From positions 1-39,088 of the IMG/VR virus record IMGVR_UViG_3300027559_000001: 39,088 nt of DNA; one strand, given 5' to 3'. Both the position numbers and the translations under genes were made by a program. The notes beneath the pieces are model-generated. The model saw only the letters and a list, made by a program, of their open reading frames with translations, was not told the origin of the DNA and made no database searches. Source of the stretch: a virus. Within the stretch, counting starts at the first letter, position 1. Each line of letters begins with the position of its first letter. This document shows positions 1 through 8,965 of the stretch, one piece after another.

Positions 1-99
1 CAATTAAATATTTAAATTGATATCTGTTGGGGTCGACATTTGTCGGCCCTTTCCATTTAAGGAGATATTATGATTATAGCACAGATGATTATTTGGATT
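1..99. repeat. Terminal redundancy copy A. Nt 1-99 are identical to nt 38990-39088, so the genome is closed or circularly permuted with a 38,989-bp unit.
   Basis: Read directly: caattaaatatttaaattgatatctgttgggg...gattatttggatt is present at both ends. The ORF starting at 70 restarts at 39059. Confidence 0.95.
30..58 (+). terminator. Plus-sense intrinsic terminator closing the portal-distal gene set
   Basis: GGGTCGAC-ATTT-GTCGGCCC forms 8 bp. Its T33-G46 wobble pairs only in plus sense. TTTCCATTT follows. The second copy is at 39019-39047. Confidence 0.6.
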
Positions 100-255
100 C
101 AGGTAATCCTTGTAGCAGCAAAAGCCTTTGGCTTTCTTGATTTAAATTGGAGTTTGACCCTCCTGCCCTTAATTTTTATGACTTTTTTAGCCTGTGTCAT
201 CACAGCAAGCAATACTGTTGAAAAAAGAGGAGAACAAAATGACGGACTTGAATAA
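70..255 (+). CDS. Small membrane protein (61 aa, two hydrophobic helices, charged C-tail; holin-like topology)
   Basis: AAGGAG lies 8 nt upstream of the ATG. Hydrophobic stretches are IIWIQVILVAAKAFGF and LTLLPLIFMTFLACVI, followed by EKRGEQNDGLE. Confidence 0.55.
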   Translation: MIIAQMIIWIQVILVAAKAFGFLDLNWSLTLLPLIFMTFLACVITASNTVEKRGEQNDGLE

Positions 256-832
256 GTTCCAATCTATACACGATCCTTCAAGAGATACCATCGGTAAGAT
301 TTATACCGATATGGTGCAAAATGGCCCAAAAGACCGTGTAGAAGTTGGTGACATGAAAAATGAACTCATGTCCTCTTTGGTTGAAGATCTAAACGAAGAG
401 TTAAATGACCTGGCTCAAGATAAAGATTTCGAATTATTTGATGGTAAGCCCTATTACCTTCGTGTCTATGAAAAAAGAGATTATATTATGCAGGATGTAT
501 TCCGTCGCAATCTCTATCGAACCCTATATAGACCCTATCCTGAACCTGATAGTCTAGTATTTTGGAGATCTGCTGATAGAAATACAATTAAGTTCTGTTG
601 GTCGCTCCCAGAGCGTTATGCGATGCGCAACATGCTTGAATCCCCCGATCTCTTTTGGGATAGAACTGAGGAGCTTAGGATGATCCAGGCTTGGGAGAAT
701 TTCGAACTGGAAGCATTTGGGTTCATCAAAAACGAGATCGGAGAATGGATAGAGAATGATCGCTGGAAGGGCGATGTAGACTTGAAAGCTGCGCCAAAGG
801 CTGGTTCCCATATCATTATCCCCACTTTCTAA
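239..832 (+). CDS. Hypothetical protein (197 aa)
   Basis: The ORF opens at 194, but GAGGAG sits 7 nt before the ATG at 239 (MTDLNKF...). I recognised no family. It overlaps the previous ORF by 17 nt. Confidence 0.7.
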   Translation: MTDLNKFQSIHDPSRDTIGKIYTDMVQNGPKDRVEVGDMKNELMSSLVEDLNEELNDLAQDKDFELFDGKPYYLRVYEKRDYIMQDVFRRNLYRTLYRPYPEPDSLVFWRSADRNTIKFCWSLPERYAMRNMLESPDLFWDRTEELRMIQAWENFELEAFGFIKNEIGEWIENDRWKGDVDLKAAPKAGSHIIIPTF

Positions 833-875
833 AAAAAACGCCAGAGCATAGTACTTAAGATACTATACTCTAGCG
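831..875 (-). terminator. Minus-sense intrinsic terminator in a plus-strand intergenic gap
   Basis: Arms 839-853 and 861-875 form 15 bp. The two odd positions are C.A in plus sense and G.U in minus sense. In minus sense the stem is followed by T8 (838-831). A weaker T5 at 882-886 could give some plus-sense activity. Confidence 0.6.
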
Positions 876-962
876 ACGTGATTTTTAACAAAGTTCAAGA
901 CTCAAATTCCTTTTAACTTCTGTCCACATTTCCTCAAAGGAAATTCATCGCCCTATAACCCA

Positions 963-975
963 AACTTAAATATTT
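963..975 (+). promoter_or_regulatory. Conserved intergenic 13-mer AACTTAAATATTT upstream of the scaffold/capsid operon
   Basis: The same 13-mer occurs at 14130-14142. TTAAATATTTAA also occurs at 4-15. All copies are intergenic and upstream of plus-strand late operons. Confidence 0.45.
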
Positions 976-1099
976 AATTCGACATAAATAAATTTCTTTA
1001 GTAGTTTCCAGTAAAAGGGAGTATAGCACCCTTAAAAAGGCTATTTTTGGCTGTTATATAGCGGAGACAGCCCCGCAAAACAAAAAGGTTTTTATATAG

Positions 1100-1837
1100 A
1101 TGGATGAAGTCTTAGAACAAAACGAAGTTGCCGAGGTCGTACCTCATGAGACTACTCAAGAAGAAACAATTCAGCAGGAAGCTCCTCAACAGGATGTTGA
1201 TCCGAGACAAGAGCGGAATTGGAAAGAACTAAATAGAGCGAAACGAGAGCTTGAAAAAGAGCTGAGATTGCAAAGGGAAATGAATGAAAGACTGCTTCAG
1301 ATGCAGCCTAAAATTCAAAACCTTCCTGAGGCTGATGAATTAGATGCCATTGCAGAGAGTGATTATCTCCAGAAAGGACAAAACAAGAAGTTAGTCCAAA
1401 AAGAGCTAAATCCTCTTAAAAAAGAAATTGAGGACCTTAAAAAAGATCTTCATTTCCAAAAGCAAAAGGATCTTGTCAACAGCTTATCAAGAAAATACTC
1501 AGATTTCAACGATGTCGTGACGCATGAAACATTAGCTTTACTAGAAGAACAAGAGCCAGAACTGGCCGAAGCAATTGCCTCATCGCAAGACCCTTATAAG
1601 ATTGGTGTCCAGTCTTATAAGTATATTAAAGCCTTAGGATTATCGGACAAAGTCCCTGATTCAAGACGCTTGAAGGAAGTTGAAAAGAAGCTGGATAAGA
1701 ACTCTAAAACGGTTCAAACCCCACAAGCTTACGAAAAACGACCTATGGCCGAAGCATTCAGGATGACAGAAAGCGATAAAACTAAGCTCTACCAAGAGAT
1801 GATGGGATATGCGCAACAAGCTGGCGGCTCTTATTAA
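1100..1837 (+). CDS. Scaffolding protein (putative)
   Basis: 245 aa with an acidic N-terminus and long K/E/Q-rich coiled-coil segments. It lies immediately upstream of the major capsid gene, the classical scaffold position. Confidence 0.6.
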   Translation: MDEVLEQNEVAEVVPHETTQEETIQQEAPQQDVDPRQERNWKELNRAKRELEKELRLQREMNERLLQMQPKIQNLPEADELDAIAESDYLQKGQNKKLVQKELNPLKKEIEDLKKDLHFQKQKDLVNSLSRKYSDFNDVVTHETLALLEEQEPELAEAIASSQDPYKIGVQSYKYIKALGLSDKVPDSRRLKEVEKKLDKNSKTVQTPQAYEKRPMAEAFRMTESDKTKLYQEMMGYAQQAGGSY

Positions 1838-1852
1838 AATTGAGGTTTAAAA

Positions 1853-2800
1853 ATGACCGTTAGCATTTCTACAATGCCTCCGCAAATTCAGCAGAGGTAC
1901 AACCAGAAGTTGCTCTCGACTCCAGAACGCAACTTGATTCACAACCTTTTTGCGGTACCTGTTGAGCTTCCAGACAACCAAGGTTTTATCGATAGACAAT
2001 CAAGATATGATCGTCTCGATTTATTCCCTGTGCCTTTAGATGATGCACAGACAAACCCACCAAGCCAACAGCTTAATCGCGTTGACGTGGACTGCCGTGT
2101 ACGTGTTTACGCGACCTATATCGTGTTGACCCGTCAGGTGACTATTACAAACGAAGATCCTGTTCTGAATAGTGCTGCAGCCCGTTTGGGACAAGCTATG
2201 AGAGAAACTCAGGATGTCCTGCAAAGAGACAACCTCGAGGCTACAGCTTCGATAGTAAATTCCGTAAACGGAAACAATGGCGATTTACCTAGTGAAATGG
2301 CTGCAGACGACGTTACAGACGTGTTTACACTTCTTCAAAACAACTCTGCTGAGTTTATCACAAATATCGTAGGTGCCGAGGATAAGTTCGGGACATCACC
2401 AATTGGCGATTCCTATGGTTGCATGATGACAACCAGAATGATCCCTGTCATGTACTCCATGAGCGGTTTTGTGAAGAAATTCCAATACCCAAATATCAAC
2501 AGCACTCTTAGCACTGAAATTGGCGGCGTGAATAACGTTCGTTTCTTCGTTTCTGAGCAAGGTTCTGTAACTCCAGGGGCTTCATTGCTCGGCAATGACA
2601 TCGCTAACTGCTTTGTGGCTGCAAAAGAGTCATATAAAGTCGTGTGGCAAACAGGCGGTAAAGCTCGCTTTATCTATCTGCCTCCTGGCTATAACAATGA
2701 CCCATGTATGCTTCGGCATACCGCTGGCTGCTCGTTCTACCAAGGACAATGCATCACCAATGACCAGTGGATCGTTAATTTACGTTCAACAGGTATTTAA
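1853..2800 (+). CDS. Major capsid protein (HK97 fold; resembles the N4-gp56-type family as I recall it)
   Basis: 315 aa with a GAGG RBS. The N-terminal pattern is QQRYNQKLL...N.GFIDRQSRYDRL. It follows the scaffold gene, and the next gene is closed by a strong terminator. Confidence 0.8.
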   Translation: MTVSISTMPPQIQQRYNQKLLSTPERNLIHNLFAVPVELPDNQGFIDRQSRYDRLDLFPVPLDDAQTNPPSQQLNRVDVDCRVRVYATYIVLTRQVTITNEDPVLNSAAARLGQAMRETQDVLQRDNLEATASIVNSVNGNNGDLPSEMAADDVTDVFTLLQNNSAEFITNIVGAEDKFGTSPIGDSYGCMMTTRMIPVMYSMSGFVKKFQYPNINSTLSTEIGGVNNVRFFVSEQGSVTPGASLLGNDIANCFVAAKESYKVVWQTGGKARFIYLPPGYNNDPCMLRHTAGCSFYQGQCITNDQWIVNLRSTGI

Positions 2801-2811
2801 GGAGGATTAAT

Positions 2812-3849
2812 ATGTTACCTTATCAAATGATCGCAGGGGGACAGTTTAACCCTACTTTGAGCACTGCTTACACTGTAAGTTTACAGTCTCAAAACCCTCC
2901 TGATTTTATCGAATTGAGAAATATGGGGATGAACGCATCCAATGGATGGGGTCAAGTATCCCGTGCACAAGAATTAATGTGGTGGTGGCAGCGTGAAATG
3001 GCACAAGGGACTGCAAAAGGTCTTCGCCAGACATCTGATGCCTCTAACCCTGCCGTGATTGCAAGTTTCTTGGCTTCTGGAGGGATCACAACCTACAGCA
3101 CAAGCAATCCCCCAACCTTTGCTCCTTTGGCGGCTACAGCGATCACTAACGCAAATCCTGCGGTAGTCTCGATGTCCAATACCGGAACAATTGCTGTGGG
3201 TGACTGGGTACGTCTAACTGGCGTAACCGGCATGGAGCAAATTTCTGGCTACACTTTCCAAGTGACTGCCGTAACAGCAAATACAAGCATCACCTTATTG
3301 TTGAATGCTTCAGGATTTGCTGCTGCTGCAACGGCTGCGGAAGTGACCAAGTTCTACCCAAATAAGATGTATCCAAGATACGCCTTTATTACTTCGATTA
3401 GCCAAGCTAATCAAGCGGTAGTAACTTTTAGCGCAAATACCGATTTCACCCCTGGTGAAAATATTGGTTTCCGTGTTTCTGAACCTTATGGGATGACCCA
3501 AATCAATAATCAAACTGGCCGCGTTTTGAGTGTCACAAACACTTCTTCGTCTTCCAGCGTGACAGTTGATCTGAACACAAGTGGATATACCGCTTTTGCA
3601 TTCCCAACAAGTGCGGTGGCTGTTGTAGGAGTAACTCCTGCTGTGGCTGTTCCTGCAAGCTCTGGCGTCGTGCCTCTCAATGGATCGGCTACGATTCCTC
3701 AATCGCCTCCAGGAACAAATCTCTTAGATTCTTTCGACAACAAAAACACAAGAGTCATCAATTTTGGTGCTTCGATGTTTGTTAATGGCCAGTCGTCAGA
3801 TATTTGGGAGTGGAGAGCATATAAATACGACAACTATGCAACCTCATAA
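2812..3849 (+). CDS. Abundant virion protein with two tandem small beta-barrel (FCCH-like) modules; candidate capsid decoration or head fibre
   Basis: AAGGAGG RBS. Modules are ANPAVVSMSNTGTIAVGDWVRLTGVTGMEQISG... (aa 111-168) and ANQAVVTFSANTDFTPGENIGFRVSEPYGMTQINN... (aa 195-259). It is co-transcribed with the capsid gene and terminated at 3861. Confidence 0.55.
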   Translation: MLPYQMIAGGQFNPTLSTAYTVSLQSQNPPDFIELRNMGMNASNGWGQVSRAQELMWWWQREMAQGTAKGLRQTSDASNPAVIASFLASGGITTYSTSNPPTFAPLAATAITNANPAVVSMSNTGTIAVGDWVRLTGVTGMEQISGYTFQVTAVTANTSITLLLNASGFAAAATAAEVTKFYPNKMYPRYAFITSISQANQAVVTFSANTDFTPGENIGFRVSEPYGMTQINNQTGRVLSVTNTSSSSSVTVDLNTSGYTAFAFPTSAVAVVGVTPAVAVPASSGVVPLNGSATIPQSPPGTNLLDSFDNKNTRVINFGASMFVNGQSSDIWEWRAYKYDNYATS

Positions 3850-3860
3850 GGGTTGAAGAA

Positions 3861-3892
3861 GGATCGCCCCTTAAAAAAGGGCGATTCCTTTT
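3861..3892 (+). terminator. Plus-sense intrinsic terminator after the capsid/decoration genes
   Basis: GGATCGCCC...GGGCGATTC forms a stem of 9 bp including a plus-sense G.U pair, followed by CTTTT. Confidence 0.65.
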
Positions 3893-3922
3893 ATGTAAAA
3901 CAGATTTACACAAGGTAAGCAA

Positions 3923-4282
3923 ATGGTAGAAATCAGAACCTTCGGAAGAAAAGCCACTAATAAAGGGACTCCTGAAGGAAATGCAGAACTCTTAAAAAAA
4001 ATGCGTAAAGAGCATGACAAACCCGTTAAGGGCATGTTTGAATTTATCGATGCTCAAGGCGGATGGATAGAATTCGGATATAGAGTTTTTAAAGGTGAAG
4101 ATCCAATGACCATCAAGCTTGTCCACGGTGAAATTTGCGAGCTTCCAATGGGAATTGTCAAACACCTAAATAATACAAAGAAAAAGATTAGAAAATTTAA
4201 AGCTGATCTCGATGCCGCTGGCAAAATGAGTGAACATACTGTTGTTTCGCGCCTTCGTTTTACTCCGATGGATGTAATCTAA
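3923..4282 (+). CDS. Hypothetical virion-module protein (119 aa, basic)
   Basis: ATG with an AAGG motif upstream. TAATG coupling to the next gene. No family recognised. Confidence 0.7.
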   Translation: MVEIRTFGRKATNKGTPEGNAELLKKMRKEHDKPVKGMFEFIDAQGGWIEFGYRVFKGEDPMTIKLVHGEICELPMGIVKHLNNTKKKIRKFKADLDAAGKMSEHTVVSRLRFTPMDVI

Positions 4283-4671
4283 TGGCTTTACACGAGATCA
4301 TACCAAATTGGAAATATATCACGAATATTACCAACGCGCTCGAAGCCGTGGTGACTTGTTCTGAGCCTCATAATTTCTTTTTGTATGAACTCGTGACTTT
4401 GCATGTCTCCAAATACTATGGAATGATCCAAGCGGATGGAATCACCGCCAAGGTCATTAATCTTGATTCTACGACGATAACGCTAAACCTGGACACTACA
4501 TCCTTCTTTCCCTTTGTTTACCCCATAGAACAAAGCCTAGAGATTTTAACAACACCTCCCCATGTAGTTCCTTCAGCAAGCGGAATCATCGATGGTTCAG
4601 GCTATGAGTTTGCTTCCCAGCCATTTGGCAGCACCTTAAACGATGCTTTTGACAATGTGAGGACATTTTGA
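4282..4671 (+). CDS. Structural protein with one FCCH-like beta-barrel module
   Basis: ALEAVVTCSEPHNFFLYELVTLHVSKYYGMIQADGITAKVINLDSTTITLNLDTTSF matches the module seen in 2812..3849 and 6374..8950. Confidence 0.65.
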   Translation: MALHEIIPNWKYITNITNALEAVVTCSEPHNFFLYELVTLHVSKYYGMIQADGITAKVINLDSTTITLNLDTTSFFPFVYPIEQSLEILTTPPHVVPSASGIIDGSGYEFASQPFGSTLNDAFDNVRTF

Positions 4672-5750
4672 GTATTGCAACCCTCAATGATATTGTTAAT
4701 AAGGTAAGACGCTTAACGGCCTCTGGAAACTCTTATCAACTAACCGATAGCCAAATCATCGATTATATCAATAGTTTCTATCTTTATGATTTCCCAGCAA
4801 ATTATCGATCCTTAAAGCTTAAAGACAAGCTGACATTCAATACTCAACGGGGTATTGATACGTATGCTTTCGATAAAGAGCATTACTCGACAGTAGAAGC
4901 GCCATGCTATTGTTTAAAACGCGATGTGCCCCTTTTCTTTGATACTTGGAGTTTCTTTACTTCCTGGTTCAACTGGCAAAATCAGGAGAACTTTACTGAA
5001 GGTAACGGAGGTCCTGGCCCATATAGTGGGATTGTGCAAGCAACTCCTATCATACGGAGCACGAACAACAACCCAATCACCACAACACAGCTTACGAGCA
5101 CTCAAGTTTTTCCCGCAGGTCAACCGGTTTTTCCAAACGATGCAGTCTTTGGAAGAAGCCAAAACCTACTCATCACGGTAAATATTGGACTCGGCAACAC
5201 TTTAAATGTAACAGATGATGGAGCAGGAAACCTTATTGGAAATTGTTTATCAGGTGGCTCAATCAATTATGATACAGGAGAGATCTCTAATCTTATTTTC
5301 ACAAGTAGCGTTCCTTCTGGAGCTGAAATTCAGATTCAATACAACCAAGCAGTACTTTCAGTACCTCTTGCAATCCTTTTCTTCCAAAATCAATTTATTC
5401 TGCGTCCTATCCCAGATCGTGGCTACACCGTTGAATTAACTGCATATCGACTGCCATCGCAAGCACTACTTGGTTCCAAAGACCCTAACAATCCTAACTT
5501 TGCCGGCGCTCCAGAGCAAAATGAATGGTGGGAAACTTTAGCCTTCGGTGCGTCTAAAAAGATCTTTGAAGACCGCATGGACACAGATGGTGTGGCTATG
5601 ATGGATAAGGGTCTTCAAGAACATTATGACCTTATTGAAACAAGAACATATGCGCAACTTGGACAGCGTAGAATTGGCACCATTTTTTCAGATCAACTTT
5701 CTTATGGATATGGATCAACCGGATGGGGTTTTCCTTCCGGCGGTTCTTAA
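4668..5750 (+). CDS. Head-tail adaptor/connector-associated protein (putative, by position)
   Basis: 360 aa. A TTG start overlaps the upstream TGA. It lies between the head genes and the tail-tubular-like pair. The functional call rests on position only. Confidence 0.45.
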   Translation: MSIATLNDIVNKVRRLTASGNSYQLTDSQIIDYINSFYLYDFPANYRSLKLKDKLTFNTQRGIDTYAFDKEHYSTVEAPCYCLKRDVPLFFDTWSFFTSWFNWQNQENFTEGNGGPGPYSGIVQATPIIRSTNNNPITTTQLTSTQVFPAGQPVFPNDAVFGRSQNLLITVNIGLGNTLNVTDDGAGNLIGNCLSGGSINYDTGEISNLIFTSSVPSGAEIQIQYNQAVLSVPLAILFFQNQFILRPIPDRGYTVELTAYRLPSQALLGSKDPNNPNFAGAPEQNEWWETLAFGASKKIFEDRMDTDGVAMMDKGLQEHYDLIETRTYAQLGQRRIGTIFSDQLSYGYGSTGWGFPSGGS

Positions 5751-5762
5751 TAGCGGGGTTTT

Positions 5763-6374
5763 ATGTCTTTTACGTTAGGAATTCCAACTACTGGTCAGAG
5801 CTTAGGGGTGACAAAAAACCCTATTCAGCAAAACTTCACAACGATTTTTAACACGTTTGCCACTGATCACGTCAATCCAAATGGCACAAATGGTTCTCCT
5901 CCTGGCGCACATAATTGGGTGCAAATGCAATCAAATATTTTAGCTAACCTTCCTGCTACACCATCTAGCGTTTGGCTTATTGGTAATCAGCTTTTCAATG
6001 GAACAAATCAGCTTTTCTTAAGACCACCAGGAAATGATCAGTCGGGAATAAATGATCTTCAGTTTTCAGGCCCTTATACAGAGGTTTTAGTAGGAACCTC
6101 TCCCAACCAAACAATCGGTGGTATTTCTACACCGCTTATTGGTGGTTTGTTTTTAAAAAGTGCAACAGTGCCCATGACAAATTTTAAAGCCGTATTGTTT
6201 TCAGATGTTTGCGGATCAGCTTTTCCAAATCAAATTATTGGATTAACGGTGACAATTATATTTACTGGAAGTTCACCAGCAGTATCTCCATTGGTCAGCA
6301 CTGTTTCAGCTACCGGATTTTCAGTATTAACTAACATTACATGTAATATTTCATTCGTAGCAATAGGTTATTAA
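5763..6374 (+). CDS. Tail tubular protein A-like (gatekeeper/adaptor), by size and synteny
   Basis: 203 aa, directly followed with TAATG coupling by an 858-aa protein. This mirrors the T7 gp11 (196 aa) / gp12 (794 aa) arrangement. Confidence 0.45.
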   Translation: MSFTLGIPTTGQSLGVTKNPIQQNFTTIFNTFATDHVNPNGTNGSPPGAHNWVQMQSNILANLPATPSSVWLIGNQLFNGTNQLFLRPPGNDQSGINDLQFSGPYTEVLVGTSPNQTIGGISTPLIGGLFLKSATVPMTNFKAVLFSDVCGSAFPNQIIGLTVTIIFTGSSPAVSPLVSTVSATGFSVLTNITCNISFVAIGY

Positions 6375-8950
6375 TGGGATTGCCTTCCCTTCAGCCAAAC
6401 TTAATTGCCGGTGAGTTAAGAGGTTTAACGAACAATGTTAAGCCAATGATGCTTCCCGATCAAGCATTTCCAGTCATGGAAAATGCCTATTGCTTTCGTG
6501 AAAGAATCGTAAAAAGGGAAGGTATTCAGCTAATTGGAAGATTACGGAGAATTCAAACAGCCGTCTCGGCTGGAAATTATACGACAATCAATGGTACCAA
6601 TACTTTAAATCTTTTTACGGGGCTTGGGGTTTTATCAACAGAGCCGGATGCTGAATTACAGCCAGGAACAAGTGGAGATCCCATTACAATTGTTTTTGGA
6701 GCTCCAATCAGCCAAACCTTGACCGATACTTTAGGTACGGGCCAATTGACCATCACAGGTTCAGGTCCTATTCAATTTGCCTTCATAAATTATGCGACAG
6801 GGATTGTTAACATTCGGGCAAATGCTGCTCTAGGTCCAGCTACAGTAACTTTAACAGCCTCCTATTATCCCACACTTCCAACAATGGGGATTATTGATCG
6901 TGAAACGGTTTTAGCCAATGACGAACAGACCGTTTATTTCGACACAAAATATGCCTATATCGTGAATGGTGGACAATTTCAGGAATGGATACCTGGCACA
7001 ACTTGGTCAGGAGATAATTTCAATCTTTTCTGGTCTACAAATTATCGTGGAGTCACTCCTGATATCCGGTTATTGTTCGTTACCAATTTCGTTAATAATG
7101 CCACAAATCCAATTCGCTATACGGACGGTAATACCTGGACCAATTTTGTGCCCGCGGTTGCAGGAAATCCAGCCACTTTCTTCATGACTCAAGCAAAGAT
7201 ATTAATTCCTTATTATGGCCGTCTTGTTGCTTTAAATGTATGGGAAGCACCAGCAGACATGTCTGGCAACCCAAATTATGGATCTGCGGTAAATTATACA
7301 GCTCGGTGCAGATTTTCACAGATTGGAGATCCCACAGATCAAACTAACGGTTGGAGATCTGATGTGTTTGGAAGAGGGGGTCTTGCTGATGCGCCCACTT
7401 CAGAAGCTATCGTATCTGCTGCCTTCTTCAAGAATACCCTTATTGTCCAATTCGAACGATCCACATGGCAATTGCGTTATATGGGTGAATATGGAGCACC
7501 GTTCCTATGGGAAAGGATTTCATCAGATTTCGGATCAGATTCAACCTTCAGTAACGTTTTATTCAATGATGGCGTACTTACTATCGGTGATAAGGCGATA
7601 ACGTCAGGAACGGCCGTTTCTGTTGATCGTATCGATCTTGATATTCCCGATCAGGTCTTTGATTTCAAAAATACACGAGTCGATCGCGTTTGTGGTGTTA
7701 GAAACTTCGAAAAAGAACTTGTTTTCTGGTGCTATTGCGATTCAGAGTCTTTGGATGTAGGACAAATCTTTCCAAATAAGGTCCTCGTTTATAATTACCG
7801 AAACAACACTTGGGCAATTTTTGATGATAGAGTGACTTGTTTTGGAACCACTCAAAAAATTGAGGGAATTACTTGGGATAGTTTGACTACTTTCTGGGAA
7901 GACATGGATGTCACTTGGGATTCTGTCACAACCCAAAGTTTATTCCCTGCCGTTTCAGCCGGTAATTCGCAAGGATATATCTATTTTTTTGCGAGTAAAA
8001 CCGCCGATGATCCGTCCTATTCAATTCAAGGCATCAATCTTTCCACTTATCCGATTGTCTTGGATATTCCTAATCATACCCTTTCAACAGATGACATCAT
8101 CCAAATTACTGGGATGCAGTTCATTGATAGCGTAACAGGAACGCCTCAAGTTTCATCTATAAACGATGATCTCTATATCGTCACATATGTTGATAATTCG
8201 CATGTCTCTCTTGAGAGATGGAACGGGACTAACTATGTGGGTAATTTCCCCTTTACCTTTACCCCAGGCACTTCAAATCCAATCGTATATGTGGGTGGGG
8301 GGCAAATAACCTTTTTCCCTGTCCTAAACGTTCAAACGAAGGATTTTAATCCTTATCAATCGGGGGGAAAACAAGTCAAACTTGCTTATATCGATTTCTT
8401 GACTGATACAACCCCTTCAGGGGTTATGACAATTCAAATTCTTCTTGATTCCTCTAATGCTGTAATTGGTAATCTCCTTACAGGCAATCAAGAGGTTGAA
8501 ACATCAACAACCCCTAGCGGCTATATTACGGGAGCTACACAAGCAAACCCTTGCGTTATAACCGCTCCAAATCACGGATTAAGGACAGGGGATCAAATCC
8601 AAATAAGCAATGTACTTGGTCTTACGCAGATCAATAATATTAGTGGACCTTTCCCATCCTGGGTTGTGACCTATATTAATGCAAACACGTTTGCCATCAA
8701 TACCGACACAAGTTCTGCTCCAATTGCATATATTTCCGGCGGTCAATGGTCCCAGCAAAACTTTAAGTTCTTCCTTCCTGCATCTCAATATGCTTGGCAT
8801 CGTTTTTATGCCACTTGCGTTGGGCAATATATTCGCATCATCATAACTTATGATGATTTGCTTATGAATGACTTAAATACCCATGAGCAATCATGGACTT
8901 TGAATGCTATAAACTTCTGGACACGTCCGGGAGGCAATTTAATCTTCTAA
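6374..8950 (+). CDS. Tail tubular protein B-like (nozzle) with two C-terminal FCCH-like modules
   Basis: 858 aa. Modules lie near nt 8048-8220 (YPIVLDIPNHTLSTDDIIQITGMQF...) and 8540-8720 (ANPCVITAPNHGLRTGDQIQISNVLGLTQINN...). Confidence 0.5.
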   Translation: MGLPSLQPNLIAGELRGLTNNVKPMMLPDQAFPVMENAYCFRERIVKREGIQLIGRLRRIQTAVSAGNYTTINGTNTLNLFTGLGVLSTEPDAELQPGTSGDPITIVFGAPISQTLTDTLGTGQLTITGSGPIQFAFINYATGIVNIRANAALGPATVTLTASYYPTLPTMGIIDRETVLANDEQTVYFDTKYAYIVNGGQFQEWIPGTTWSGDNFNLFWSTNYRGVTPDIRLLFVTNFVNNATNPIRYTDGNTWTNFVPAVAGNPATFFMTQAKILIPYYGRLVALNVWEAPADMSGNPNYGSAVNYTARCRFSQIGDPTDQTNGWRSDVFGRGGLADAPTSEAIVSAAFFKNTLIVQFERSTWQLRYMGEYGAPFLWERISSDFGSDSTFSNVLFNDGVLTIGDKAITSGTAVSVDRIDLDIPDQVFDFKNTRVDRVCGVRNFEKELVFWCYCDSESLDVGQIFPNKVLVYNYRNNTWAIFDDRVTCFGTTQKIEGITWDSLTTFWEDMDVTWDSVTTQSLFPAVSAGNSQGYIYFFASKTADDPSYSIQGINLSTYPIVLDIPNHTLSTDDIIQITGMQFIDSVTGTPQVSSINDDLYIVTYVDNSHVSLERWNGTNYVGNFPFTFTPGTSNPIVYVGGGQITFFPVLNVQTKDFNPYQSGGKQVKLAYIDFLTDTTPSGVMTIQILLDSSNAVIGNLLTGNQEVETSTTPSGYITGATQANPCVITAPNHGLRTGDQIQISNVLGLTQINNISGPFPSWVVTYINANTFAINTDTSSAPIAYISGGQWSQQNFKFFLPASQYAWHRFYATCVGQYIRIIITYDDLLMNDLNTHEQSWTLNAINFWTRPGGNLIF

Positions 8951-8965
8951 GTAAAGCGGTTTTAC

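Noticed and set aside
3310-3702. 130-aa minus-strand ORF inside 2812..3849, and similar antisense or alternative-frame ORFs in the capsid, nozzle, fibre, RecT and TerL genes
   Set aside because: These ORFs are embedded in long, motif-bearing genes on the other strand or frame. Their composition is Arg/Ser/Cys-rich or otherwise odd, and I saw no start context.
1807-5660. ATATGCGCA copies inside coding regions (1807 and 5649) as extra operator sites
   Set aside because: A 7-9-mer is expected a few times by chance in 39 kb. Only the longer intergenic versions at operon junctions were retained, and at low weight.
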